DNA from: Mobula hypostoma
Lineage: Eukaryota
Reading direction: 5' to 3'
Assembly (NCBI RefSeq): GCF_963921235.1
Contig: NC_086097.1
Location: forward strand, 196,790,001 to 196,854,000
Length of the DNA: 64,000 bases
Shown: positions 1-12,110 of the stretch, one piece after another
How the letters are laid out: every line of letters starts with the position of its first letter
Position numbering within the stretch: the first letter of the stretch is position 1
Made by a program: the position numbers and the translations under genes
The notes under the pieces: model-generated
Database searches by the model: none
The model's input: only the letters and a program-made list of their open reading frames with translations
Told to the model about the DNA's origin: nothing

Positions 1-345
1 CTCTCCTATTCTCCTTAATTTGATTCCCTCCCCCCAACCATTCTAGTTTAAAGTCACCTTAGTAGCCCTTGCAAATCTCCCTGCCAGGATATTGGTCCCC
101 CTATGATTCAAGTGCAACCCGTCCCCTTTCTACAGGTCCTGCCTGTGCCAATAGTGGTCCTGATGATCCAAAAACCCAAATCCCTGCCCCTTGCTCCAAT
201 CTCTCAGCCACGCATTTATTCTACATCTCATTGCATTCCTACTCTCACAGTCGCGTAGCACAGGCAGTAATCCCGAGATTACTACCTTTGTCGTCCTTTT
301 TTTCAACTCCCTTCCTAACTCCCTATATTCTTCTTTCTGCTGCAC
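1..345 (-). mobile_element. CR1 LINE fragment, ORF1 esterase-like region
   Basis: ORF 130..360: ELKKRTTKVVISGLLPV...INAWLRDW...GFGFLDH; paralogous to ORF 6378..6590. Confidence 0.75.
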
Positions 346-799
346 TTCAGTACGTGACACTGATGAGAATTCATGTCCTCAGAACTGCGCAGGCTTCGAA
401 GTCGTCCGAACCTGGACATGCCAAAATGAGGCTGATTGGCGAGCTCCAAGAACGGGAACTCGCCGTCATGCAGAACCGCAGTGTTTGAGTGCTGCTGTAG
501 ATCAAAGATCCCAATAGGACCCCAGTCGGAAAAGGAAAATAGGGACATTAGAATAGGAAGAATTTAACTTTTATGTTGATGAGCTGCGAGAAATCACCCT
601 CTGGTGCCATCTTTAGGTTGATAGATTCTTGTCTGGTCAGGGCAAGAGATTGGGATTGAGAGGGAAAAATGGATCAACCATTATGCATGATCCATCAGGC
701 AGAGCAAACTTGATGAGTCAAAAATCTTCATTCTGCTCCTATATCTTGTGGTCTTATCTGTGAAGTTACTAACCATACATTGTACATTCTTCAACTAGA

Positions 800-2495
800 A
801 TCAAAGAAGATACTGAAAGCTTTTTTTTAAGTATATGAAGGGTAAAAGAGTGTCTAGGGTAGATATAGGACCGAGAGAAAATGACGCAGGAGATATTGCG
901 ATGAGAGACACAGAGATGGCAGAGGAACTGAATGCGAATTTTGCATCACTTTTCACAGTGGAAGACATCTGCAGTATACTGGACATTCAGGAGTGTCAGG
1001 GGAGTGAAGTATGTGCAGTGAAAATTGCAACTGAGAAGGTGCTCAGGAAGCTTAATGGTCTGAGGGTGGATAAATCTCCTGGACCTGATAGAATGCACCC
1101 TTAGGTTCTGAAGGAAGTAGCTGGAGAGATTGAGGTGGCACGAACAGTAATCTTTCAAGAATTGATAGACTCTGGCATTTTACTGGATGATTGGAAAATT
1201 GCAAATGTTACTCCGCTATTCAAGTAGGGTGGGAGGCAGCAGAAGGGAAACTGTAGACCTGTTAGCCTAACATCAGTGGTTGGGAAGTTGTTGGAATCGA
1301 TTGTTAGGGGTGAGATTATGGAGTACCTGGAGGCACATGACAAGATAGGCCAAAGCCAGCATGGTTTCCTGAAAGGAAAATCCTGCCTGACAAATCGACT
1401 GCAATTTTTTGAGGAAATTACAAGCAGGGTAGACAAAGGAGATGTTAGTAGATGTGGTGTACTTGGATTTTCAGAAGGCCTTTGACAAGGTGCCACACAT
1501 GAGGTAGCTTAACAAGAGCCCATGGAATTACAGGGAAATTACTAGCATGGGTGGAGCATTGGCTGATTGGCAGAAAATACAGAGTGAAAATAAAGGGACC
1601 CTATTCTGGCTGGTTGCCACTGGAGTTCCACAGGGGTCAGTGTTGGGATGGCTGCTTTTTACGATGTATGTCAATGATTTGAACTATGGGATTAATGGAA
1701 TTGTGGCTAAATTTGCCAATGATACAAAGATAGGTGGAGGAGCAGGTAGTGTTGAGGAAACAGAGAGCAAAGAATAGAGAACATGGGCAAAGAAATGGCA
1801 AATGAAATACAATGTTAGAAAGTGTATGATCATGCACTTTGGTGGAAGAAATAAATAGGCAGATTATTATTTAGATGGGGAGAGAATTCAAAATGCTGAG
1901 ATGCAAAGGGACTTGGGAGTCCTTGTGCAGGATACCCTAAAGATTAACCTCTAGGTTGAGTCCGTGGTGCAGAAGGCGAATGCAATGTTGGCATTCATTT
2001 CTAGAGGTATAGAATATAAGAACAGGGATGTGATGTTGAGGCTCTATAAGGCACTCGTGAAACCACACTTGGAGTATTGTGTGCAGTTTTGGGCTCCTTA
2101 TTTTAGAAAGGATATACTGACGTTGGAGAGGTTTCAGAGAAGATTGACAAAAATGATTCCAGGAATGAACAGGTTACCGTATGAGGAATGTCTGGCAGCT
2201 CTTGGGTTGTATTCCCTGGAGTTCAGGAGAATGAGGGGGGATCGCATAGAAACATTCCGAATGTTAAAAGGCCTGAACAGATTAGATATGGCAAAGATTT
2301 TTTCCCATGGTAGGGGAGTCCAGGGCAAGAGGGACAGATGCAGAGAAATTACTTTGGTCAGGTGGTGGTTAATCTGTGGACTTTTTTGTCAAGAACGGCT
2401 GTGGAGGCCAAGTCATTGTGTGTATTTAAGGCAGTGATAGATACGTTTTTGATTAGTCAAGGCATCAAAGGGTATGGGGAGAAAGCAGGGGAGTG
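800..2495 (+). mobile_element. Decayed CR1 LINE (ORF2 RT to near 3' end)
   Basis: Broken ORFs with KSPGPD, SQHGFLKGKSCLTN, GVPQGSVLG, KFANDTK, PHLEYCVQFW. Confidence 0.92.
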
Positions 2496-2499
2496 AGGA

Positions 2500-4582
2500 A
2501 GGATGAAGGAACGAACTAGGAAGTTAATTGGTGAAAGAGACAGAAGGCCATGTAAGAAAGAAAATAATGGGTGGGGGGGGGAGCACCAGAGTGAGGCGAT
2601 GGGTGGGCAAGAAGATAACATGAGAGAGGGAAAAGGGGAATGGGGAAGGCACTGTTGGAACTTTGAGAAAACAATGTTCATGCCATCAGCTTGGAGGCTA
2701 CCCAAACTGAATATAAGGTTTTGTTTCTCCAACCTAAGTATGGCCTCGTCACAACAGTTGAGGAGGCCATGGATGGACATATTGGAATGGGAAGTGGAAT
2801 TAAAATGGGTGGTCACTGGGAGACCCTGCTTGTTCTGACGGATGGAGCATAGGAGCTCGGTGAAGCCATCTCCTCATCTACATCGAGTCTCACCGATATA
2901 CAGGAGGCCACATAGGGATCACCGAACACAGTATATGACCCCAACAGACTCACAGGTGAATTGTTACCTCACCTGCAAGGACTGTTTGGGACCCTGAATG
3001 GTAGTGAGTGAGGAGGCATAGAGGCAGGTGTAGCACTTATTCTGCTCGCAAGGATAAGTGCCAGGAGGGAAGTCAATGGGGAGGGACGAATGGGCAAAGG
3101 AGTCACGTAGGGAACAATCCCTGCGGAAAGTAGAGAGTTGGGGGGAGGGAAGGATGTGTTTGGTTGTGGGATCCAATTGGAGGTGGCGGAAGTTTCAGAG
3201 AATTATGTCCTGGATGCGGAGGCTGGCAGGGTGGTAGGTGAGGACAAGAGGAACCTTATCCCTGGTAGGGTGACGGGAGGATGTGGTAAGAGCAGACATG
3301 TATGAAATGGGAAAGATGCAGTTGAGGGCAGTGTTGATAGGGGAGAAAGTGAAGCCCCTTGCTTTGATAAAGGAGGACATCTCCTTCATTCTAGAATTAA
3401 AAGCCTCGTTCTGAGAGCAGATGTGGATATGGAAGAAGGAATGCAGTTTTTACAAGTGGCACAGTGGGATGAGGTATAGTCCTGGTATCTGAGTGACCAT
3501 TGGTTTTTAATAGACATCAGTGGATAAGTTGTCTCTAGAGACAGACAGTGTGATCTAGAAAGTGAAAGGAAGTGTTGGAAAAGGACCAGGTGAATTTGAG
3601 GGCAGGGTGGAAGCTGGAGGCAAAGTGGATGAAATCGACAAGTTCAGCACAGGTGCAGAAAGCAGCACCAATGCAGTCGTTGTTGTAACACAGGAAACGT
3701 GGGGGATGGTGACCAGTGCAGGCTTGGAACGTAAACTGTTCCACGTAGCTGACAAACAGGGAGGCATAGCTGGGTCCCAGGCAAATGCCCATGGCTACTC
3801 CTTTTGTTTGAAGGAAGTGGGAGGAGCCAAAGGAGAAATTATTTAGGGTGAGAACAAGTTCCACTAGACAGAGGAGAGTGGTGGTGGAGGGGAACTGATT
3901 GGGTCTGGTGTCCAGAAAGAAACGGAGAGCTCTGAGGCCTTCCTGGTGGGGACTGGAGGTGTGTAGGGACTGGGCATCCTTATTAAAAATAAGATAATGG
4001 GTCCAGGGAACCTGAAATCCTTGAAAAGCTCAAGAACATGTGAGGTGTCATGAATGTAGGTAGGAAGAAGTGGGGATAAAACAGAATCCAGGTTTGGAGA
4101 TTTTGGGGCAGGAACAAGCTGAAACAATGGGTCTACCTGGACAAGCAGGTTTGTGGATTTTGGGTAGGAGGTAGAACTGGGAGGTGCGGGAAGTTCCTCA
4201 AACTTCCAGTAATGCCTCTTCTCCCCCGCCCCCCCCCATCATTTCCTATCTCCTTTCCCCTCTCTCACATTTTTCTACCTGCCCCTCGCCTCCCTCTGGT
4301 GCTTCCCCCCCCCCACCCTTTTTCTTTCTTTCGTGGCCTCTGTCTCTTTCACCAATTAACTTCCTAGCTCTTTGCTTCATCTCTCCACCAAGTTTCACCT
4401 ATCGCCTGGCCCCACCTTTCAAATCTACTCTTCGGCTTTTTTCCTTCAGTCCTGCCGAAGGGCTTTGGCCTGAAACATCGTCTGTACTTTTTTTCATAGA
4501 TGCTGCTGGCCTGCTGAGTTCCTCCAGCATTTTGTGTGTGTTTCTCGGATTTCCAGCATCTACAGATTTTCTCTTGTTTGTG
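2500..4582. mobile_element. Older Penelope-like element: minus arm (~2500-4190) joined head-to-head to a plus-strand 3' repeat (~4194-4582)
   Basis: Minus ORF pieces match the 788-aa PLE protein (LVLTLNNFSF, QTKGVAMG, YPCEQNKCYTC). Plus arm has a degenerate hammerhead at 4447-4484 and the ttccagcatct tail. Confidence 0.88.
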
Positions 4583-4949
4583 ATCAGTATCTAATTTTAC
4601 ATTTTTACTTGCAGCAACTTCCACTAATGTGGGTATATTGTGATGTCAGGAGATGTTGAGATTTCTGTGCAATACTTAGTAGTTTGTGGAAAGCTGATTT
4701 GTCGATTAGAGACCAATTTTGGTATTTCTATTTCCTATGTACTACTTTTAGTACATTCTCTGGGAACTGAGGGGGAAACAAGTTTGGAACATAGTCAGTA
4801 AAGAGATCTTAAATGTTACAAATATATTACCATCAGTGCTATTCCTAAAATAGAAATACTTATCATTCTCTGGATGAACTATGTAGGTTTTTTAAAAAAA
4901 AAGGAATAACAAACATCAAGTCTTTAACTCTTTGTTCTAAATTCGTGCA

Positions 4950-5600
4950 CAATTGAAAGTTAAATTCCTTGGCGTTATCAGAGGGTCTATCCTTGGACCA
5001 GCACGTAAATGCCATTACAAACAAGGCATGACTGGCTCTTATTTTATGAGAAATTTGCGCAGATGAATGAAGTATCCTGACTGGTTGCATCAAGACCTGG
5101 TATGGAAATGCCAATGCCCAGGAATGGAAAGGCCTACAAAATGTAGTGGATGCATCCTAGTACATCACAGGCAAAGCCTCCCCATCATTGAGTATATCTA
5201 CAGGCAGTGCTGCCACAAGGACGCAGCATCCACAATCAAGAACCCCCACTATCAGAACATGCTCTTCTTGCTGATACCATCAGGAAGGCGTTCGAAGAGC
5301 CTTCAGTCCCACACTAGCAAGTTCATAAACATTTATCAGTTTCAAATCAGCATGAAGAACTTCACTCAGATTGACTGAACTGATTCTACAACCTATGTAC
5401 TCAATTTCAGACTCCACAACTCGTTCTCAGCATTATTCATTTGTTAATTTGTTTATTTCACTTTAGGTATTTGCACATTGGTTGTTTGTCAGTCTTCGTG
5501 TTCAGTTTTCCATGGATTCTGTTGTTTTTTTTTCTACTGTGAATGCCTGCAAGAAAATGAGTTGCAACATAGTATATTTTGACATTTACTAAATAAATTT
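4950..5600 (+). mobile_element. Rex1/Babar-like LINE 3' relic
   Basis: Resembles the inserts at 17021-17611 and 20830-23158 (ctgactggttgcatca; ccatcaggaagg...agcct). Confidence 0.6.
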
Positions 5601-6289
5601 GAAGGTTTTATTCCTGCTCTCTCAATAAAAGGATCCTCAAATGTGCCTTAAGGAGTTATATAATACCCTGTTCTCTCCAACACACCTGAAACTGTTTTTT
5701 GGTTTCATTCAAAGATCGGATATTTAACCAATCTTCAAGTTTGTTTATTATTGTCTTTTATTTGTGTTGCTAAGTGTCTGTATTCTAGCATCATGGTCAA
5801 TTGAAGAGCTTTATGTTTTGAAAGAGTGGACACAGATGTTGTACCTGAAAATTTGAAATTGATCGATGTGTTTCTTTAAATGATAAATAAGAACATTGAT
5901 GTTACCTTGAGTTTGAAGTGATATCTAAAATCTGATGTTTTTGTGGATAGAACATTATTAAAATCAGCAATGCATCAGTTTGAAATATTTTTGCTAGGAT
6001 GGTAGTATGGTCTTCGGTACGTATATCATTAATTCTGTGGCGCTTTTAATATCTCAGTCCTCCCCTGTCTGTGATAAGAAAGTGTGGGAAATGGTAATTT
6101 GCAATGATCCTGCCCATTTCAACTTGTTACCAAGATTATTTCCTCGGTGTTGTATCATTAAAAAAGAAACTTGATAATTAGGAATTTTCCAAGTTTTATT
6201 ATTGAATCCATGCTATTTCCCAACTTTTATCTGACCTGCAGAGGAATTTACAGTAGGAGGGGAAAGATCCAATTGTTGTCCATGTGGTT

Positions 6290-9085
6290 GATCAGCGAAA
6301 AAGATAGAGCAAGGAAAGAGGTTTTGCTGAGGGAATTTGAGCAGCTAGGGACTAAATTAAAATGCAGAACCTAGAAGGTGATGATTTCTGTATTACTACC
6401 TGAGTCACGTGCAAATTGGCACAGCATCAAGAAGATTAGCAAATTAAATGCATGGCTCAAGGATTGGTGTGGGAGAAGTGGGTTTAAATTCATGGGAAAC
6501 AGGCACCAGTATTGGGGAAGGAGGGAATTGTTCCATTGGGACGGGCTCCACTTGAACCATGATGGGCCTGGATCCTGGGGAGTTGCATAACTAGGACTGC
6601 CGGTAGGGCTTTCAACAAGTTGGAGAAGTATGGATAAAGTAAAAAGAGAAAAATGTGGCCAAAGATAAAGTAAAAGCAAAAGTTAAAGACAAAAGTCAAG
6701 TGCAAAAGGACAACGATTACTAAATTTTAAAAGCATCATGAGTGTAAGGGCACTTGATCTGAATGCTCATAGTATTCGAAACAAGGTCAGTGAACTTGTG
6801 GACCAAATCAGTATAAAGGGGTATGATTTAGTGGCTATTACAGAAACGTGATTGCAGGGTAGAGAGGATTGGGAATTAAATAGCCCACTATGGAATAGTA
6901 CGGAAGGATAGGCAGGAAAGTAAAGGAGGTCAGGTGGCGCCCTTCATTAAGAATGAGATCAGGGCAATAGTGAAAGGCGATATAAGATCTAAGGGACAGA
7001 ATGCTGAATCCATCTGGGTAGAGAATATGAACAGTAAAGGGGGAAAAAATCACTGGTGCAAGTTGTCTATCGGCCACTGAATAATAACATGACAGTGGCA
7101 CAGACAATAAACCGAGAAATATCTGAGATATGTAAGAGTAGAACAGCAGTTATTGTGGGGGACTTTTAACTTCTAACACGTAGATTGGGTGAGTTAAGTT
7201 GGTTGAGACAGTCTTAAAGAGGACTTCAGAATGCATATGTGATGGCTTTGTGGAACAGCATGTTACTGAGCTTACAAGGGAATGTGCTATCTTGGATCTG
7301 GTCCTGTGCAATGACACAGGTAAAATTAATGATATTGTAGTTAGGAATCCTCTTGGAAAGAGTGATCACAGCATGATTGAGTTTCTCATACAAGTGGACG
7401 GTGCAAAAGTTTAATCTAAAACCAGGTATTCTGCCGGAACAAAGGAGACAACAGCCGGATGAGGGAGGAGTTGGAGGCTTGTATGGTGGGATGGTTGAGG
7501 AGCAGTGAAAGACTTTCACAGTGCTCAACAAAAGTATGTTCCAGTTCAAAGCAAGGACAGTAGGGGTGGGAGGAGCCAGCCATGGATAACCAAGGAAGTA
7601 AAGGAAGGAATCAAACAGAAAGCTTGTGTGTACAAAGTTGCCAAGAGTAATGGGAAACTGGAAGATTGGGAAAACTTTAAAAAGCAACAAAGAGCCACTA
7701 AGCAAGCAATAAGAAAGGGAAGATAAGTTATGAAAATAAACTAGCACAAAATATATAAATGGATAGTAAAAGTTTTTAGAATTATATAAAGTGGAAAAGG
7801 GTGTCCAAAGTGAAGTAGGTCCCTTACAAAGTAAATGGCAGGATACTTGGTAGTGTGGAGAAGCAGAGGGATCTCGGGGTACATGTCCACAGATCCCTGA
7901 AAGTTGCCTCACAGGTGGATAGGGTAGTTAAGAAAGCTTATGGGGTGTTAGCTTTCATAAGTCGAGGGATAGAGTTTAAGAGTTGCGATGTAATGATGCA
8001 GCTCTATAAAACTCTGGTTAGGCCACACTTGGAGTACTGTGTCCAGTTCTGGTCACCTCACTATAGGAAGGATGTGGAAGCATTGGAAAGGGTACAGAGG
8101 AAATTTACCAGGATGATGCCTGGTTTAGAAAGTATGCATTATGATCAGAGGTTAAGGGAGCTAGGGCTTTACTCTTTGGAGAGAAGGAGGATGAGAGGAG
8201 ACATGATAGAAGTGTACAAGATAATAAGAGGAATTGATAGAGTGGATAGCCAGCACCCCTTCCCCAGGGCACCACTGCTCAATACAAGAGGACATGGCTT
8301 TAAGGTAAGGGGTGGGAAATTCAAGGAGGATATTAGAGGAAGGTTTTTTACTCAGAGAGTGGTTGGTGCGTGGAATGCACTGCCTGAGTCAGTGGTGGAG
8401 GCAGATACACTAGTGAAGTTTAAGAGACTACTAGACAGGTATACGAAGGAATCTAAGGTGGGGGCTTATATGGGAGGCAGGGTTTGCGGTTCGGCACAAC
8501 ATTATGGGCTGAAGGGCCTGTACTGTGCTGTACTATTCTATGTTCTATGTTAGAGGATAAGAAGGGGGAATGAGGAAATGGCAGAGGCTTGAATGTCTAT
8601 TTTGTGTCCAACTTCATGGTGGGGAATATGTCTAATGTGCCAAAGGGAGATGATATGGATGCAATGGGAGGTGAGGACCTTGATACAATAGCTATCACTA
8701 ATGAGGTAGTGCTGAGCAAACTTGTGGGCCTAGATATAGACAAGTCCTCTGGTCCTGATGGAATGCATCCCAGGGTACTGAAAGAAATGGCAGAGGTTAT
8801 AGTAGAGGCTTTGGTGATAATTTATCAAAAGTCTCTGGACTCCGGGCAGGTCCCGGCAGATTGGAAAAAGATCACTGTTCAAAAAAGGATGTAGGCAGAA
8901 GGCAGGTAGCTATAGGCCAGTTAGTTTAACATCTGTAGTTGGGAAAATGCTTGAAGCTATCATTAAAAAAGAAATAGAGGGGCATCTGGAAAGAAATGGA
9001 ACCATCAGGCAGACACAGCATGGATTCAGCAAAGGGAGGTCCTGTTTGACAAATTTACTGTTCCTTGAGGATGTAATGAGTATAA
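6290..9085 (+). mobile_element. Old CR1 LINE (ORF1 esterase, APE, RT remnants) interrupted by a younger CR1
   Basis: ISVLLPE...LNAWLKDWC; AILDLVLCN...LGKSDH; KSSGPDGMHPRVLKE; QHGFSKGRSCLTN. Confidence 0.88.
7827..8550 (+). mobile_element. Young 5'-truncated CR1 3' end
   Basis: Uninterrupted ORF 7855..8553 (RPHLEYCVQFWSPHYRKD...TRGH...FFTQRVV); tail ttctatgttctatgt. Confidence 0.93.
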
Positions 9086-9094
9086 TGATTAGTT

Positions 9095-9450
9095 GGTCTA
9101 TTATGAGAGGCATTGATCGTGTGGATAGTCAGAGACTTTTTCCCAGGGCTGAAATAGCTAGCAAGAGAGGGCACAGTTTTAAGGTGCTTGGAAGCAAGTA
9201 CAGAGGAGATGTCAGGGGTAAGTTTTTTCCACAGGGAGTGGTGAGTGCATGGAATGGGCTGCCAGCAAAGATGGTGGAGGCGGATACGATAGGGTCTTTT
9301 AAGAGACTCCTGGATAGGTACATGGCACTTAGAAAAAACATCTGAGGGCTGTGGGTAACCCAAGGTAATTTCTAAAGTAAGTACATGTTTGGCCGAGCAT
9401 TGTGGGCCGAAGGGCCTGTATTGTGCTGTAGGTTTTTTATGTTTCTATTA
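9095..9450 (+). mobile_element. CR1 3' fragment of a second subfamily
   Basis: MRGIDRVDSQRLFP...RGHSFKV; closely similar to 34030-34375. Confidence 0.85.
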
Positions 9451-11214
9451 CAGAAGGTTGAACGTGAGGTTTTCTTCCCGACACCCAACTATCATAGGAG
9501 GAGTAGCACACATCTATAATGGTGCCTGTCCTGCTGAGTTCCTCCAACTGTTTTCTGTGCTGCTCCAGATTTCCTGCATCTGCACTCTCGTGTACCCATA
9601 AGAGATGAAAGTATGGCCCTATGGGTGCTTCAGTTTATGAAGATGTTTAATAATGTGCAATCACTAGACACTCAGGGCTGCTCTTAGACTGAATTGAAGT
9701 GTTTGTTGCTTGGTTTCTCCATTGTAAAGGAGACCACATTGCGAGCAATAAATGCAGTATGCTAAATTAGAAGCATGAAAGGTGAGGTGGATGTACATGA
9801 AGGTGGGAGAATGAATCAAGGGGCTTTGAGGAAATGGCCCTTATGAATGCAGAAAGGTGAAGGATCAGTTTTTGCAGCACTGATTCTTGGGATTACCACA
9901 AGATCAATGATGACTGCTGCCTCTGGTTTTGTGGGTTCTGAGGTAATTGAAGTCTGTAGGAGAATTCAGATACTTCTTCTGCCTTTCCAGTGGGTGCCTA
10001 GTAGATGGAGGTGGTGCGTCCAGCTATTTATGAAGGGCTTCTGTGTGCTTCCAGTGCATGAGCTCAAAATTCTCAATATCATTCCATATGCTGCTCTAAC
10101 ACTTCTGAAAACTTGTTGCAAATTTTCAGGGAGGCTCTGCACACATTCTTGAGTCTTTTCCCCTGTCTAGCAGATATTCTGTTTCCTAGACGGAACTTGG
10201 ACTAGTGCTTCAGGAGTCTGGAGTAATGCAGCTGAACAACATGGCCCATCCAGTGGAGTCATCTGAGCATAAGTTGAGGCCTTAATGGTGATGTGATTGC
10301 TGAATGGTTAGTGTTTTTCTCCCCCCCACTTCATGCACATACTTTATACCCATCCCTTCAAGCTTTGCATTGTGCATGTTCTTTTAAAAGAAATGAGATT
10401 GCCTATCTGATCTCTATCTGAATCTATAATGCATTCCTTAATAAGCTTGAATTTAGGTTACATGTAAGAGACAGGCATCTTGTTTTGACCTTGAATGCCA
10501 GCACGTCAAAGGACAGTATTTACAGAAACAAGTTGGTCAACCCAACAGGTCACAGATATGCTCCATACAAGCTGATGTGATGTGAAATTATCTAATTGAG
10601 TTGATGCATTTTTGAATAATATTTCCATTTTATTCTTTCAAATTACTTTTATCACTGCCACCAGGGATGAGTTGAGGGTCATAAAACTTAGCATGAAGAA
10701 ACTCAAACAATTCAATGACCATCAAGGGGAAAACATTGCAATAGCTAAAGTCATACCTTGCTGAAAGAGAAGATTTTTGGAGATCAATTGTCCCAGTTCC
10801 AGTTCCAGCTCCAGCACACTTGTATTCAAGACTCACTGACTCACAGTTTCATCACTGGCTTTCCTTCCTTGTATGACTGGGAATGGAGATGAGTGCTTAG
10901 TATGATTTTTTTAGCAGTCTGTGCCTACGTGTAGCAAAGCTTAGACAGCATCGAAGCATGGGCTGATAAATGGCAATTTGCATTTCTGTCATGGAGGTGT
11001 CATGGAACAAGAAGCTCTAGAAAGAGTCAGATTACCTAAGCCTGTCACATGATGGTATAACCTCACCATGTCCTCCACCATCAATATCCTGGATGTCATA
11101 GTCAAATAGAAGCTGAACTGAGTCAGTTTAATAAATATTGTGACAGTAGAACAGGAGTCTTGTAGAATGTGAACGACCTTCTGACACTTCAAATTCTTTC
11201 CACTACATTTCATA

Positions 11215-12110
11215 AAGACCCAGGAACAGAATTGGGCCATTCAGCTCGTTGAGTCTGCTCCGCCAATCCATCATGGCTGATTTATTATTCCCCCTCCCCT
11301 CAACCCCAATTGATCAAGAACCTATAAACCTCCACTTTAAATATACCCAGTGATTTTGCCTCCTCAGCTACCTGTGGTAATGAATTCCACAGATTTCCTA
11401 CCCTCTGACTAAAGAAATTCCTCCTCATCTCTGTTCTAAAGGGACGTCCTTGTATTCTGAGGCTGTGCCCTCTGGTCCTAGACTTCTCTGCTATAGGAAA
11501 CCTCCTCTTCATGTACACACTATCTAGGTCTTTCAATATTCAATAGGTGTAAATAAAATCCCTTCTTTGTTCTACAAAGAAACAAGTCAGAAGCGTGAAA
11601 TGCCACTTAAGAGACAAGGGACTGCAGATGCTGGAATCTGGACCATCGAACAACCTGCTGGAAGAACTCAGTGGATTGAGCAGCATCTGTTGGAGGAGAG
11701 GAGTTGTTGACATTTTGGGTTGGTTGAAGCTCGCATCATACCACATGGATGAGAATATTACCAATAATTATTTTTTAGTTCATCACTATTGGCACCCGTT
11801 GACGACCCAAACATACATTTTCACAGCAATGATGCACAGTACCTAAATTGTACAACATCTTCATTGCACTGCAGTTACTCATCTTAGTGACACACTATCT
11901 ACGCCTCTCATAATCTTATACACATTTATCAAGTTGCCTCTCATTCTTCTTTGCTCCAAAGAGAAAAGCCCTAGTTTACTCAACTTATCTTCATAAGATA
12001 TGTTCTCCAATTCGGGTACCATACAGTCAATCTGTTCTGTACCACATCCCTCCGATGATGAGGCAACCAGAATGGAGCACAAACTGCAATAGTGGTCTAA
12101 TTTGAATTTT
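11215..12110 (-). mobile_element. Cluster of CR1 3' fragments with a decayed PLE 3' repeat (~11610-11720)
   Basis: TRGHSLRIQGRPFRTEMRRNFFSQRV; LGLFSLEQRRMRG; ctgcagatgctggaatc...cagcatct. Confidence 0.75.
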
